From Promethearchaeota archaeon (lineage in GTDB: Archaea > Asgardarchaeota > Lokiarchaeia > Sigyniarchaeales > SOKP01): DNA of 64,000 bases. Shown one piece after another: positions 28,116 to 39,400 of this stretch. The DNA is taken from assembly GCA_018238625.1 (NCBI GenBank), contig JABCSY010000004.1, positions 22,868-86,867 of the forward strand, read 5' to 3'. The translations under genes and the position numbers were made by a program. Each line of letters opens with the position of its first letter. Position 1 is the first letter of the stretch. The notes under the pieces are model-generated. The model had not been told where the DNA came from, did no database searches, and was given only the letters and a program-made list of their open reading frames with translations.

Positions 28116-28841
28116 TTAGGTAACTCTTCCTAGTAATTCATTGGCCATTGATATATCGTCAGTAATAATTCCATCGACCCCCATTTCGATTAATCGCTCC
28201 ATAACATCCTTATCGTTTACGGTCCAAACATTAACTTTAAGATTGTTGTCATGAGCAAAATCAACGATTTTTTTGTCAGCTACACTATAATGTGGATGTA
28301 TTGCGTAAAATTTGTTATCAACTGCTTTTAAAATCTTTCTTTTAATTTGGCGGACTCGCACAAGATCTGCAGATAACAACAAACCGAGCTTTATATTAGG
28401 TTCTAGATTTTTCAACTTCGCTAACTCGCCAAATGCAAAACAGCTAACAATTGAAGTATTTAGAAGATTTTCTTCTTTCAAAAGTTTAATCAATTTCTCA
28501 AGTAGGCCACTCGATTTAATTTCTATTTGCAAACCCACTTTCTTTTTTGCGACTTTAATTAATTCTAATAAAGTAGGGATTTTTTCGCCTTCACCAGCAT
28601 CTAATTTCTTAATTTCTTCCAAAGTCATATCTTTAATCAATCCTTGGACGCCTGAAGTGCTTAAAGTATCTGAATCGTGAATTATTACAATTTCGCCATC
28701 TTTTGTTTTGTGTATGTCAAATTCTACCATATCAGCTTTTAATTCAATTGCTTTCTTAAAAGCCATCAAAGTGTTTTCAGGGGCGATCGCGCTTGCGCCT
28801 TTATGTCCAATTATTAAAATATCTTTTTTTTTTAATGTCAT
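28116..28841 (-). CDS. Glycerophosphodiester phosphodiesterase
   Basis: GHKGAS..APENTL, EFDIH.TKDG, HD, WTVN and DGIITD. Confidence 0.93.
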   Translation of the reverse strand: MTLKKKDILIIGHKGASAIAPENTLMAFKKAIELKADMVEFDIHKTKDGEIVIIHDSDTLSTSGVQGLIKDMTLEEIKKLDAGEGEKIPTLLELIKVAKKKVGLQIEIKSSGLLEKLIKLLKEENLLNTSIVSCFAFGELAKLKNLEPNIKLGLLLSADLVRVRQIKRKILKAVDNKFYAIHPHYSVADKKIVDFAHDNNLKVNVWTVNDKDVMERLIEMGVDGIITDDISMANELLGRVT

Positions 28842-28875
28842 TAATAAAATCCCTTCAATTATTTAAGATTAAAAA

Positions 28876-29610
28876 TTAAGAAAATGATTTTAAAATAGCT
28901 TTCGCCCGAGAAATATCATTAGTAATTATACCGTCAACGCCTAGCCTTATAAGTTTCTTAATAGACACCTTGGAATCAACCGTCCACGGAAAAACTTTTA
29001 CGTTATTAGCGTGAGCAAAATCCACAAACTGCAGATCTACCATCATTACTAAAGGATTAATCGCGTAAAGGTTATTATCTATACAATACTGAATCATTTC
29101 TTTTTTTTTATCCCAATCAATCTTTATAGTGCCTGGAGTTGGTTCTAATGAAGCTAATTTTAGGGAGGGCTCTAGCTTTTGAATTTTCAATAGCTCATCG
29201 TGTATAAAGGAACTTATTATCGTTGCGTCTAAAATATCATATTCTCGAAAAATATGAATAACTTTTTCTGTAATTCCTTCTACTTTAATTTCGCAATTTA
29301 AACCAATCTTATTTTTTGTCAGCTCAACTAATTCTTGCAAAGTTGGAATTTGTTCCCCCTCTCCAAAGTTTAGTTTTCTCAATTCCTTCAGAGTCATATC
29401 TTTTAGTAATCCATCTTTACCAGTTATTCTTTTAATGTCTTCATCATGTGTAACTACTATATTTCCATCTCGTGTTTCTTGGACATCAAACTCCACATAA
29501 TCGGCTTTTAATTCAATAGCTTTTTGAAAGGCTTTTAGCGTATTTTCGGGTGAAATCGAGCTTGCACCACGATGTCCTACTATTAGAATTTTTTTTTCCA
29601 TTTCAATCAT
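28876..29610 (-). CDS. Glycerophosphodiester phosphodiesterase (tandem paralog)
   Basis: GHRGAS..PENTL, EFDV, WTVD and DGIITN. Confidence 0.93.
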   Translation of the reverse strand: MIEMEKKILIVGHRGASSISPENTLKAFQKAIELKADYVEFDVQETRDGNIVVTHDEDIKRITGKDGLLKDMTLKELRKLNFGEGEQIPTLQELVELTKNKIGLNCEIKVEGITEKVIHIFREYDILDATIISSFIHDELLKIQKLEPSLKLASLEPTPGTIKIDWDKKKEMIQYCIDNNLYAINPLVMMVDLQFVDFAHANNVKVFPWTVDSKVSIKKLIRLGVDGIITNDISRAKAILKSFS

Positions 29611-29929
29611 CTTATAAATCTCATCTAAAACTTGTTAATGCTGAGGAAATTTAATATTACTTTTTAATTAAATTTATATTTTAGCAAATTAAAAACTATT
29701 AACTCAGAAAAATACGACTTCTGATAATTTATACTTTCACAAACAAATTTCTCATAACCAATTTAAATAAAATTTAAATACTCAAATACGGCAACAAGTA
29801 TTGGTCGCCATTAAATTTATAAATATAGAATATTTTAATAATTAATTGATAGAAGATTATTGTATAATACTAACAAGTAATAATAAAGGTAAAATTTATA
29901 AAGATAAAATTTTGGTGGTCAACGAAACT

Positions 29930-30181
29930 ATGAGGTTTTGCCCAGATTGCGATAACATCCTGATACCTAAAAACAAAAAACTATTCTGCAAAGCGTGTGA
30001 GAAAGAATTCGAGATAGATCCAAACAATAACGATTATAATATAGTTAAAACGATAAAACACGACGATAAAGAAGCAGCCCCAATAGTGATAAAGAGAGCT
30101 GTAACAAAATCTAAGATTTCTGCTCAAGATAGGAAAGCATTTGAAGAATTCTTCGATGTGGGCGATGCTAACGGGTATTAA
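29930..30181 (+). CDS. RpoM/TFS-like N-terminal Zn-ribbon protein (no C-terminal TFIIS ribbon)
   Basis: MRFCPDCDNILIP....LFCKAC matches the RpoM/Rpb9 N-terminus. Start moved from 29846 to ATG 29930. Confidence 0.75.
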   Translation: MRFCPDCDNILIPKNKKLFCKACEKEFEIDPNNNDYNIVKTIKHDDKEAAPIVIKRAVTKSKISAQDRKAFEEFFDVGDANGY

Positions 30182-30334
30182 TTTTGCGGAGAGAACCAAT
30201 TATACGCAATTAATTCCTTCTTCCTTGTTTTAAATTTTAATTTTCATTGATAAAAGATATTTTTAACTTTCACATTAGATTTAATTTAAGTGAAATATTT
30301 TTTTAATAGATTTTAAAGATAATAATGCTGAAAG

Positions 30335-30742
30335 TTGATTAAAATGGCTGAAGAAAAAAAGAAACGGTTAAAAGGTTTTGCTAAAGTTGTTGCTAAAGAG
30401 GTCGAAGTTTTAAATACAATTGAGCAGTTCAAAGAAGATTTTAAAGATTCCGAACTTAAAATTCTCTTAAACGCCAAAGATGGAAAATACGCTGCTTTGT
30501 TAGTAATCGATAAAGGCAAAGTTTATGTAGAGAGCATCGAAAACAAACCAAAAGAAAACATAAAAAAGAAGAACGCTGGATGGGATGGATTATTGCAAGC
30601 AAAAATGCAACTTTTTGTAGAGCTTTTAGGTGGGGAAGATGTTTCGACGGGCTCAATAATTTGGAAAATTCTTACCTTCCGAATCAAAATTAAGGGGATT
30701 AAAAACGTTCTAACTCTAATGAAATTATTTGAATATGAATAA
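30335..30742 (+). CDS. SCP2 sterol/lipid-binding-like protein
   Basis: Small alpha/beta ORF ending IKIKG...L..LF, resembling the SCP2 C-terminus. Confidence 0.5.
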   Translation: MIKMAEEKKKRLKGFAKVVAKEVEVLNTIEQFKEDFKDSELKILLNAKDGKYAALLVIDKGKVYVESIENKPKENIKKKNAGWDGLLQAKMQLFVELLGGEDVSTGSIIWKILTFRIKIKGIKNVLTLMKLFEYE

Positions 30743-30815
30743 ACTTTTGTTAGAATTTCATTAGATTAGATTTAATGATAAGAATTTAATTTTTTCTTTC
30801 TATTTTTTCCTAATT

Positions 30816-31247
30816 TTAAACTTCTAATTTGAATACGGTAATTAATGATAACATTTTTTCTTTTAATCCTTCAGAGGTCTCATCTTTGACAGATTGAATA
30901 AGTACGTTTTTATCTTGGTCAGAGATATCGTGAAATCTATCAAGAAAGAGTCTCAAGTAAAGAACTTTTTTTGATGGATTTTTCTGGATATTGGAAACGA
31001 GATTATCAATTATGGAACTGATCGAAATAAGTTCTGAGCTTTCCGTTTCAGAAACACAAAGATTTTCTTTAGAAAAGCCATGTTCTTTAATAATACTATT
31101 TTTTTCAATAATATCGTTGGTTATCTCTTTGAGAAGATCATTTCGTGAGGTGATTGTTAAGTTTGAAAGAAATTCTTCCATTTCTCTGTTTTTTTTCTCA
31201 ATATCCTTAATTATTGAAATTGTTTTAATTATTTTTTCCGGCTCCAT
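30816..31247 (-). CDS. Hypothetical helical protein
   Basis: 143-aa ATG ORF with typical composition. Confidence 0.6.
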   Translation of the reverse strand: MEPEKIIKTISIIKDIEKKNREMEEFLSNLTITSRNDLLKEITNDIIEKNSIIKEHGFSKENLCVSETESSELISISSIIDNLVSNIQKNPSKKVLYLRLFLDRFHDISDQDKNVLIQSVKDETSEGLKEKMLSLITVFKLEV

Positions 31248-31300
31248 ATTAAACTAGACTTGTCTAAATTTTTAAATTTTTCCTTACTTATTTTAGTGGT

Positions 31301-32026
31301 ATGGACAAACTTATTATAGAAGACAAATTAAAACTGTTTCAAGAGCTTATCAACTATCAATTTCAAAACCGCGAAATACTACTTGAAGCCTTAACTACCC
31401 CTCTATATGGGAATGAAAACAATTTAAGTCATTATGAAATTTTAGAAACTCTCGGAGATGCGGTGATAAAATTGATCTTTAGTTTGAAAATATATAATTC
31501 AGGTGAAAATGATCCCGGCAGATTAACTAAAACAAAACAATGTTTAGAAGATAACCAGACCTTTTTAAAGGTAGCTACCGAAATAAAATTATGGAAATAT
31601 ATTATTTCATCAAAGAAACAGAAAGTTAGGGACACTTCAATTTTAGCCGATGTTATTGAATCAATATGCGGTGCTATTTACATTGATTCTGGAAATAACC
31701 TCGAAATCGTTGAGCAAAAAATTATTAACACTTATTTCTATGATTGGGATGCTTTAATAGAGGGGTCATCTAATTTGTTCAAAAACCAACTCTTAGAATA
31801 CTTACAAAATATATTCAAAATCACGCCTACAATTAAATTTGAATATGAAAAGTTAGGTCCAGACAATGACGCTCGTTGGATCGTGAAGAATCCTGAGATC
31901 TTAGATAAAAAACAAAATAGATTGTTAAACCTTCCCGATAATTTGAGATCAGAAAAATTCAGACGAATAAAAGATGCTGAAAAAGATCTCAGTTTAAAAG
32001 TACTAAAATATTTACAGTCGAAGTGA
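31301..32026 (+). CDS. rnc: Ribonuclease III-family protein
   Basis: Signature EILETLGDAVI, LADVIESICGAIYID, and dsRBD-like KNQLLEYLQ...KDAEK. Confidence 0.85.
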   Translation: MDKLIIEDKLKLFQELINYQFQNREILLEALTTPLYGNENNLSHYEILETLGDAVIKLIFSLKIYNSGENDPGRLTKTKQCLEDNQTFLKVATEIKLWKYIISSKKQKVRDTSILADVIESICGAIYIDSGNNLEIVEQKIINTYFYDWDALIEGSSNLFKNQLLEYLQNIFKITPTIKFEYEKLGPDNDARWIVKNPEILDKKQNRLLNLPDNLRSEKFRRIKDAEKDLSLKVLKYLQSK

Positions 32027-32248
32027 CTTCTGTGTTTAATAAATATCCTATATTACTTTATAGTTTTAAAATAGATAGGAAAAGAATTGAAAGAAGTCTT
32101 GATATTCGAATAAATTAGAATCTTAATGTTTAAAGCTTTTTTATGCTTTTTTTTCTTACAACAATAAAATTTATTTAATTACATATTAAGATTATTTTTA
32201 GTTATAATTTTCAAATCTAAATATTTTAATTTTAACGGGTTAACCTTA

Positions 32249-33427
32249 ATGTCTGAATCAAGAATCATAAAAAAGACTCCTGAAATGGAAGATTACGAAG
32301 AAGAAACGGGAAAATTAGCAATATGGAAAGGTAAAGTAAATAAAGATTTTAAGAAGTGGCAAATTAAGAAGCAAAAGGATTCTATCAAAGAACAAAAAAT
32401 AGAAACACTCTCGTTATCTCGTCAGGAAAGAAAACAAGTAAAAACAGAACTAAAACAACAAAAAGAGGTCGGGAAAGATTACGAGCATCTTATTGTTGTT
32501 GAAAACCTCCACAAGACTTATTTGCTAGGGACTACAGCCGTTGCAGCTCTACGAGGCGTGGATTTAACGATAGATAAAGGGGATTTCATAGACATTATGG
32601 GTCCTTCTGGGAGTGGTAAGACAACGCTCTTGAATCTTTGTGGTGGTCTTGACACCCCTACGAGAGGAAAAATCTTTTTAGAAGGTCGTAATATTTCTAT
32701 GCTAAATGACAATGATTTAGCAGAAATAAGAAGAGAACGCATAGGATTTGTTTTTCAATTTTATAATTTATTACCTCAAATGACATCTTTAGAAAATGTA
32801 ATGGTTCCTTTACATTTTTCAGGGAAACTAAGTAAACGAGGAAAGAGAAAGAAAGCTTTGGATTTATTAAATCTTGTTGGTTTAGAAGAGCGTTCACATC
32901 ATTCTCCTTCAGAACTAAGTGGTGGGGAACAACAACGAGTAGCAATTGCAAGAGCATTTGCCAACGACCCAGCCATAGTAATTCTCGACGAACCGACCGG
33001 TGACTTAGACTCCAAAACCGGAATTATGATTTTGAACCTTATAAGAGATCTAAATAAAAAAGGAGCAACATTTATATCGGTATCTCACGATGCTGCGGTT
33101 TCTGAATTCGCTTCTAAAGTTTATCACATGAGAGATGGAAAGTTAACCCATGAAGGGAAAATAGGAGGCTTAAAAGAAACGGAAGCCATGCAAATAAGAA
33201 GAAAACAAGAAGCCGAAATAAATAAAGAAAAATGTAAAAATATGATTTTTAGATTTTTATTTGCGAACCAAGGGAAAAATCAGATTAAAGTAAGTGATAT
33301 TAAAAGTTCTGTTCCAAATCCAATTATTATGAACTTACCAGAGCATTTTAACGATATTTTAGTAGAATTATTAAAAGAAAATAATATTAACGGAAATATT
33401 ACAGGAGATAAATTGCTTCTAACTTAA
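32249..33427 (+). CDS. ABC transporter ATP-binding protein, LolD/MacB-type, with N- and C-terminal extensions
   Basis: [31 protein letters not shown] and DEPTGDLD. Confidence 0.95.
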   Translation: MSESRIIKKTPEMEDYEEETGKLAIWKGKVNKDFKKWQIKKQKDSIKEQKIETLSLSRQERKQVKTELKQQKEVGKDYEHLIVVENLHKTYLLGTTAVAALRGVDLTIDKGDFIDIMGPSGSGKTTLLNLCGGLDTPTRGKIFLEGRNISMLNDNDLAEIRRERIGFVFQFYNLLPQMTSLENVMVPLHFSGKLSKRGKRKKALDLLNLVGLEERSHHSPSELSGGEQQRVAIARAFANDPAIVILDEPTGDLDSKTGIMILNLIRDLNKKGATFISVSHDAAVSEFASKVYHMRDGKLTHEGKIGGLKETEAMQIRRKQEAEINKEKCKNMIFRFLFANQGKNQIKVSDIKSSVPNPIIMNLPEHFNDILVELLKENNINGNITGDKLLLT

Positions 33428-33480
33428 ATGAATTCATCTTTGTTAATATTTAATGTAAATAAAGAAAACTTTTAGTTCAA

Positions 33481-36471
33481 ATGACTAATATTAAATTAGT
33501 ATTTAAATACGCATTTAAAGACCTTTCACGCCACAAAGTTAGAACCTCATTAGGTATAACTGGGGTAATGATTTCTGTGGGACTTTTAGCGTTAGTTCTT
33601 TTTTTATCTGATTCTATTTCAGTAACATTTATTGATTACCTTAGTATAGACGCGGGTCAACAGGACTTTAATATCCGCGTAAGACATTACAATGGTGAAC
33701 CCGATAATCGTTCTAACTATTTTGATTATCAACCAATAGTAGAAACAATACAAAACGATATGGATGAAATTGGAGGTTTCATACCAAGAATGAGTTTATG
33801 GGGTAATGTAAACGTTTCAAAAGGGTTCGAAACTCAAGAATTGATAAACGAAAGAAAAGGAGTGTCTATCTCAGGAATAAATTTAACTTTGGAAAACAAA
33901 CTAACATTTGGTAGTTTTGTTAAACCCGGTTTAAACGAATTGTTAGATTTATCGAGTCTACCCTTATATCACTGCGCTATTTACTATGGTTTCAACGATG
34001 ATATTAAATACGCCGAAAACGATTCAATTGAAATAAGGATGGGTTTGTGGCACGGTGATAAATATTTTCATAGAGTTAGAAATTTTACGATAGATAGAAT
34101 TTTTGATTTTCAATTAAAATGGCCAATAGGTTATGCAAATAGACCGTTAATTGTTGTTGATATCAACACGCTCTATGATCTTTTTGGAAATGAAACGCTT
34201 AATGGAAAATGTAATGAATTAATTCTTACATTAAAAAAAGGTCTAAACTTATATGACGCAAGAGATATTGATGGTTCTGAAAACGTAGTGAAAGATCTAG
34301 CTGGTGAAATCCAATTTTTAATCGGAATTAATGAATATAACATCGATCTACCCAAATTAAACGTATTAGGCTTTTCAGAATATTTGAGCGTAGGAATCAC
34401 GATAATCTTTGTCTTTGTATCGATGATATCGATGTTGATATCAGGAGTTTTAATCAACGGAATACTTAAAACTTCTGTGGAAGAACGAATAAGAGAGTTC
34501 GGAATCTTTAGAACCTTAGGTGCTACTAAGAAATATAATCTAATAATAGTCTTAGTTCAAGGAATGATTTTATGTAATTTGGGTACGATATTAGGTATTT
34601 TTTTTGCCCAACTGGCAACTCAATACGTAGTGCTCCCTATCGCGGGAGCCGTAGTGGCAGAATCCATACCTGGTTTGGCAGGCAACTTATCGTTTTCTAT
34701 AACATTTTGGTCAATATTATTCTCATATATTATAGGAGTAAGTGTAGGGCTTATAGTAAGCATCTCTCCGGCGTTAAAAGTAATGAAACTTCAATTAATT
34801 GAGTCAATTCATCCCTATCGTAAGGAAGATGAGTTATATAAGCTTCGAAAAAAAGCTGCTGTAAATTATAAATTAATAATAGTTGGGGTTATATTAGCTG
34901 CTAACGGTGCTTTTGTTCTTTTCGTTATTCCAAGAATATTAACAACTGGAGATGTTGCACTAATGTCAGGTGTATTAATAGCACTCCTTATAGTATTTTT
35001 AGTCGGAATGACACTAGCAGGACTAGGATTATTACCTTTGATTTTAAGATTTTTTATTGAGTTTTTTCGCATATTTAATAAAAAACTAGCACCTGTGTAT
35101 AAAATATTCATATTTAGATATGCAAGGAGAAATTCGAGCACAATTGTTACTTTTGCTTTTACTTTTTCTTTCGTGATATTTACGGCAGGAGCTTTTAGTT
35201 TTTTGTCGAATGAAACAGTGCTTAGCGCAAATCTTCGCTATGGTGCTGATTTAGTGATAGAAACGCAAGGTTGGTACGAACTGGAAGAAGTAGATGATTT
35301 TATTTTTGGAGGTTTGGGTGGTGACTTAGCAAGTATTTCAATTAACGAGCTTAAAAGCAGTCAAGATAATGGGTATTCTGTAGATCCAACTAGAATCTTA
35401 ACAAGCGACTTTAAATTTGAATTATTAACAATAGAGGGAATAGAAAGAGTATCTACAGTAATTGCAAGTCCTTTCCATTTAACGCAAATTTATTCAGAAG
35501 AAGGTAAAGAATTCACGGCAGAAATTGGAGATTACGCAGGTTTAACCGCTCATGAAATTAGTTTAATAGGAATTGATGAAGTATATCCTTCTACAATTAA
35601 GACGGAATATATAGAATTTACCCAAGGTGATCTTTTATCGTCTTTTGAACAACTTTTTGAGGAACAAGAGGCATTTACATGTATTATTTCCGAGGGCATT
35701 TCTGTGAGTTTAGATATGCATCTAGACGATATTGTACGAATGGTAATTCAACGCGGCGACGAATCTGAGATATATCCATTTAAAGTAGTTGGTATAGCAG
35801 CCGTTATGCCAGGTTTCTTTGCGGAATTTGGCAGATCAAGCGCATCGGCACATATGGGAGGAGTTATGATTTCACAAGATGTTTACATGAATATTATGGA
35901 TATCCCTCCTATCCCGTATTTAGATAAAGTATTTATTAAACTCAACTTAGATACTCAACTTTTTTCAATTAAAAACCAATTAGAAATAGAGAACGAGCAA
36001 AATTATGATTTTGATGTTATTAGCTTACAGCAAGCGGTTACACAACAACAACTATTTTTTACGATTATAGATGTATTTTTTACGATAACCTTAGATGCAA
36101 CGATAGTTATATGCCTTTTTGGATTGCTCTCATCTTCATATTCTACAATCATAGAAAGGAAAAAGGAGATTGGGATAATTCGAACGCTTGGGCTGAAAGG
36201 AAAGGAAATAACTAAGCTGTTTACTATCGAATCGTTAATTATAATGTTGAGTAGTGGAACAGTAGGCGTCATTGTGGGATGGACGACCGGATTATTATTA
36301 ACTACATCAATGAATTTAATGAGCGATTTGCCAAATATTCTCACTTTTCCGTTATCAGACATGGTTTCAATTTTCACGATTTCAATTATATTCACTTTAT
36401 TTGGGTTAAAAATATTACTAAGAAAATCCCGAAACAAGAAAATTGTTGATATTTACAGAGAAACAATGTAA
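33481..36471 (+). CDS. FtsX/MacB-like ABC permease (duplicated)
   Basis: ERIREFGIFRTLG and ERKKEIGIIRTLG, with TM clusters and large extracellular loops. Confidence 0.92.
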   Translation: MTNIKLVFKYAFKDLSRHKVRTSLGITGVMISVGLLALVLFLSDSISVTFIDYLSIDAGQQDFNIRVRHYNGEPDNRSNYFDYQPIVETIQNDMDEIGGFIPRMSLWGNVNVSKGFETQELINERKGVSISGINLTLENKLTFGSFVKPGLNELLDLSSLPLYHCAIYYGFNDDIKYAENDSIEIRMGLWHGDKYFHRVRNFTIDRIFDFQLKWPIGYANRPLIVVDINTLYDLFGNETLNGKCNELILTLKKGLNLYDARDIDGSENVVKDLAGEIQFLIGINEYNIDLPKLNVLGFSEYLSVGITIIFVFVSMISMLISGVLINGILKTSVEERIREFGIFRTLGATKKYNLIIVLVQGMILCNLGTILGIFFAQLATQYVVLPIAGAVVAESIPGLAGNLSFSITFWSILFSYIIGVSVGLIVSISPALKVMKLQLIESIHPYRKEDELYKLRKKAAVNYKLIIVGVILAANGAFVLFVIPRILTTGDVALMSGVLIALLIVFLVGMTLAGLGLLPLILRFFIEFFRIFNKKLAPVYKIFIFRYARRNSSTIVTFAFTFSFVIFTAGAFSFLSNETVLSANLRYGADLVIETQGWYELEEVDDFIFGGLGGDLASISINELKSSQDNGYSVDPTRILTSDFKFELLTIEGIERVSTVIASPFHLTQIYSEEGKEFTAEIGDYAGLTAHEISLIGIDEVYPSTIKTEYIEFTQGDLLSSFEQLFEEQEAFTCIISEGISVSLDMHLDDIVRMVIQRGDESEIYPFKVVGIAAVMPGFFAEFGRSSASAHMGGVMISQDVYMNIMDIPPIPYLDKVFIKLNLDTQLFSIKNQLEIENEQNYDFDVISLQQAVTQQQLFFTIIDVFFTITLDATIVICLFGLLSSSYSTIIERKKEIGIIRTLGLKGKEITKLFTIESLIIMLSSGTVGVIVGWTTGLLLTTSMNLMSDLPNILTFPLSDMVSIFTISIIFTLFGLKILLRKSRNKKIVDIYRETM

Positions 36472-36488
36472 GGAGGATTAGAAAAAAC

Positions 36489-39400
36489 TTGAGAAGATTT
36501 AATAAAATAATAGTTTTTGTATTAATTCTGAGTTTTCTTTCTACTCCCCTTTATATAAATTTTAAGAAAGAAATCATTGCTTTGGGGGTAGAAAACGACG
36601 ATACTTTTAAATGGGATTTGCTAAATCCATCTGACATTGCAGGAACAGATCTTTATGCTGAACAGATTAATGTATTTGTCGCGGGTAACAAGTCCGTCAT
36701 AAAACAGTCCCTTTTTACTAACGATACAAGTATATTGCCCCGCTTTGATACTAGGGATCCTGCTTTTTATAAATGCAATGTTCTCTTTAGTGTATCGAAT
36801 GGAATTACGCCTGAAATTTTTCCACGCGTTCTTAACGAAGATGGTTTTTATAGGCAATATGAAATGACTTTCAACAGTTTTTCTGGATTCCTTTATTACG
36901 ACGAAGAAGTAAACGAAGATAACGCTAAATTAAGGGCAGAGAGAGCTCTCGAAATCATAAAAAGAAAGTTTGAAATTGACCTTATCATGATTAACGCATC
37001 TAACCCATATCTTTTTCCCTTTGTTGGTTATTATCCTAATTGGGACGTTTATTTTCGCGAAATCACTACAAATCTTCCTATGGACGGGTATTGGAAAGCG
37101 TTAGATGTTGATCGCTTAACATCTGAAGAATACATAAATAATCAGCATTTATCCTCGACATTTCTTTTAGTAAATTCTTTGGATTTATTAGATAAAGATA
37201 TAACCGAATCAATAGATCAAGTTAATTTTAACATCAATTCTCTCGATTTAGGGTATTTAGAAAATCTTGAGGTTGATAATATATTCGAGCAGTTTTCAAG
37301 TATTTTAGTTGATTATCCGTCTTTATTTGGTAACTTTTCAGATTTTTTAGATTTAAATCAAACTACTCAAGAAGATTCTGAAGGTTTTGGTGATATGTTT
37401 AGCGGTTTAACTTTGTCAAACGAATCCCATTACACAAGTTTAATGGTGCAATACGAGGGTTTAAGTGAGGGTATTAAAAATGTTGGAGAAAATGAGTATA
37501 AATTTAATCTATGGGATGCTTTAGGTTATCAAGGAGAACCACTTCAACCAAGTCAAAAAATATTTATAGCATTAACGGGAGCCTTTATGAGCGAAATAGA
37601 TATTAATATTTTTTGCACTGAAATAGTAGATGAAACACCTAAATATTTCACCTTTTACGATTTTTTGTTAGAACAAATAGCTTTATTGTCGTTCTATGCG
37701 GATGTTGATTTCGACATTCAATCATTAAAGGATTATTCATTTGAATTAATTTGGGTGGATGAAAAAGGATTTAAACATAATTATGTCAAACCTGTAAATT
37801 TAAATGACCCTACGGACTATATAAATTTTTTACATCAACTGGGATGGCAAGGTTTACCCGGGATTCCTACAGGAATATTGAACCCTATCGAAGATTTTGT
37901 GATTACATATAAAGTTTCGAATTCAGAACCAAATTTACTTATTACTAAAGATTTAATTGGGGAAAACGCATCATTTGGAGTTTATAATACTTTTTCTTTT
38001 AATATAACGGCAAAAAATGTAGGAAACGAAACCGCGTGGGGCGTTCCTACTCCCATTCCGATAGAATTGGACGACGTATTTTCAATAATTGTAGGTCCGG
38101 TTGGTGTATTTTTAGGCCTTGACGAAGACCTTAAAGATGCTATTTGGGAGGTGGCAAGAGTTGAATATTCCGGTCAATATGATTCCTTAGAAGATTTCTT
38201 TAATTTTGACGAGGACCCTCGATTGTTTTATTTTGATACCACGGGAGCTGGTTTAATCGATACTTATTATCCAAACTTTAGTAATTTCTCTAACCTTTTA
38301 CCATATAACGAAAATATGAATCATGTGATTGATCTAATAGCAATTGGCAATCCACAATTGATATCTTCTTTAGAAACAATAGGATTGCCTTCAGATTCTC
38401 TAAAAGAAACTTTCACTAATGATGATAGTATTTGGAACGATGATAATTGGAGATTAGAGCCAAATGAGATAATTTCGTATACATTTGATAATCTTTCCAT
38501 CGAAAGTTTTGACACTTTTTCTCAATTTTACATGTACAATTTCACGATTAAAGAAACATTTCCAGAACTACCCTCAATAATTTCAGGCGTTTCGATCGAA
38601 GAGACTTCGCCTCAAATGGCATTAACTAACGACGATGAAGACTGGATTGTCGAATCAGAAGAAAAATATGTAGATCAACATGAAATTGAGATTCAAGTTC
38701 TTTTTCAGAATACGACAAATATAGATTTAATTAATAATTCTCTAGATAGAGTTTCAATAGTAATCAACTTCACCGATCCTAGTAATGTTTTGGAATTTGA
38801 AGTTTTTAATTTTTCTACTGAAGAATTTCAAAGTATTTCCGCGTATTTGACGTCAACGGTTAATAATACTTCAACATTTTCATTTATAAAAAATCAAGGA
38901 ACATTAGAATGGTTGTTTGATCCTACAGCGAGAGATAATCATACAATCATAATAAAAATAAAGGGTATTAGTACAAGTCTTTTCAATATTTCAATTAATG
39001 ATTTAGATGTAGAACTTTATTATAGGGATATTAATGAATATAAGGTTTTAGGATCGAGAGTCATCTATTCTTCGTTAAGCGGGAAAATTGAGTACATAAG
39101 AAACTCGAATTCGATATCTTTAAGCACTGACAATATGGCTTCGATCGTTTCCTATTCTTATTTGACTAGTTATAGCACAAAAGTGGGAGATATTAATAAC
39201 CTTACATTAGTTTTTAAAAACATAGGTTCTGATTTTGCCAAAAATATTAACATTTCAATATTAATTCCAGGAATAATTTACGATCCAATCAACTTTACTA
39301 TTGAAGAAAATTTCTTAAAATACAATGTAGCTGAACTTGCTCCTTATACGGAAAAACAAGTAAGTTTTTCTTTTTACATTCCAAATACTGCAGTAATTAG

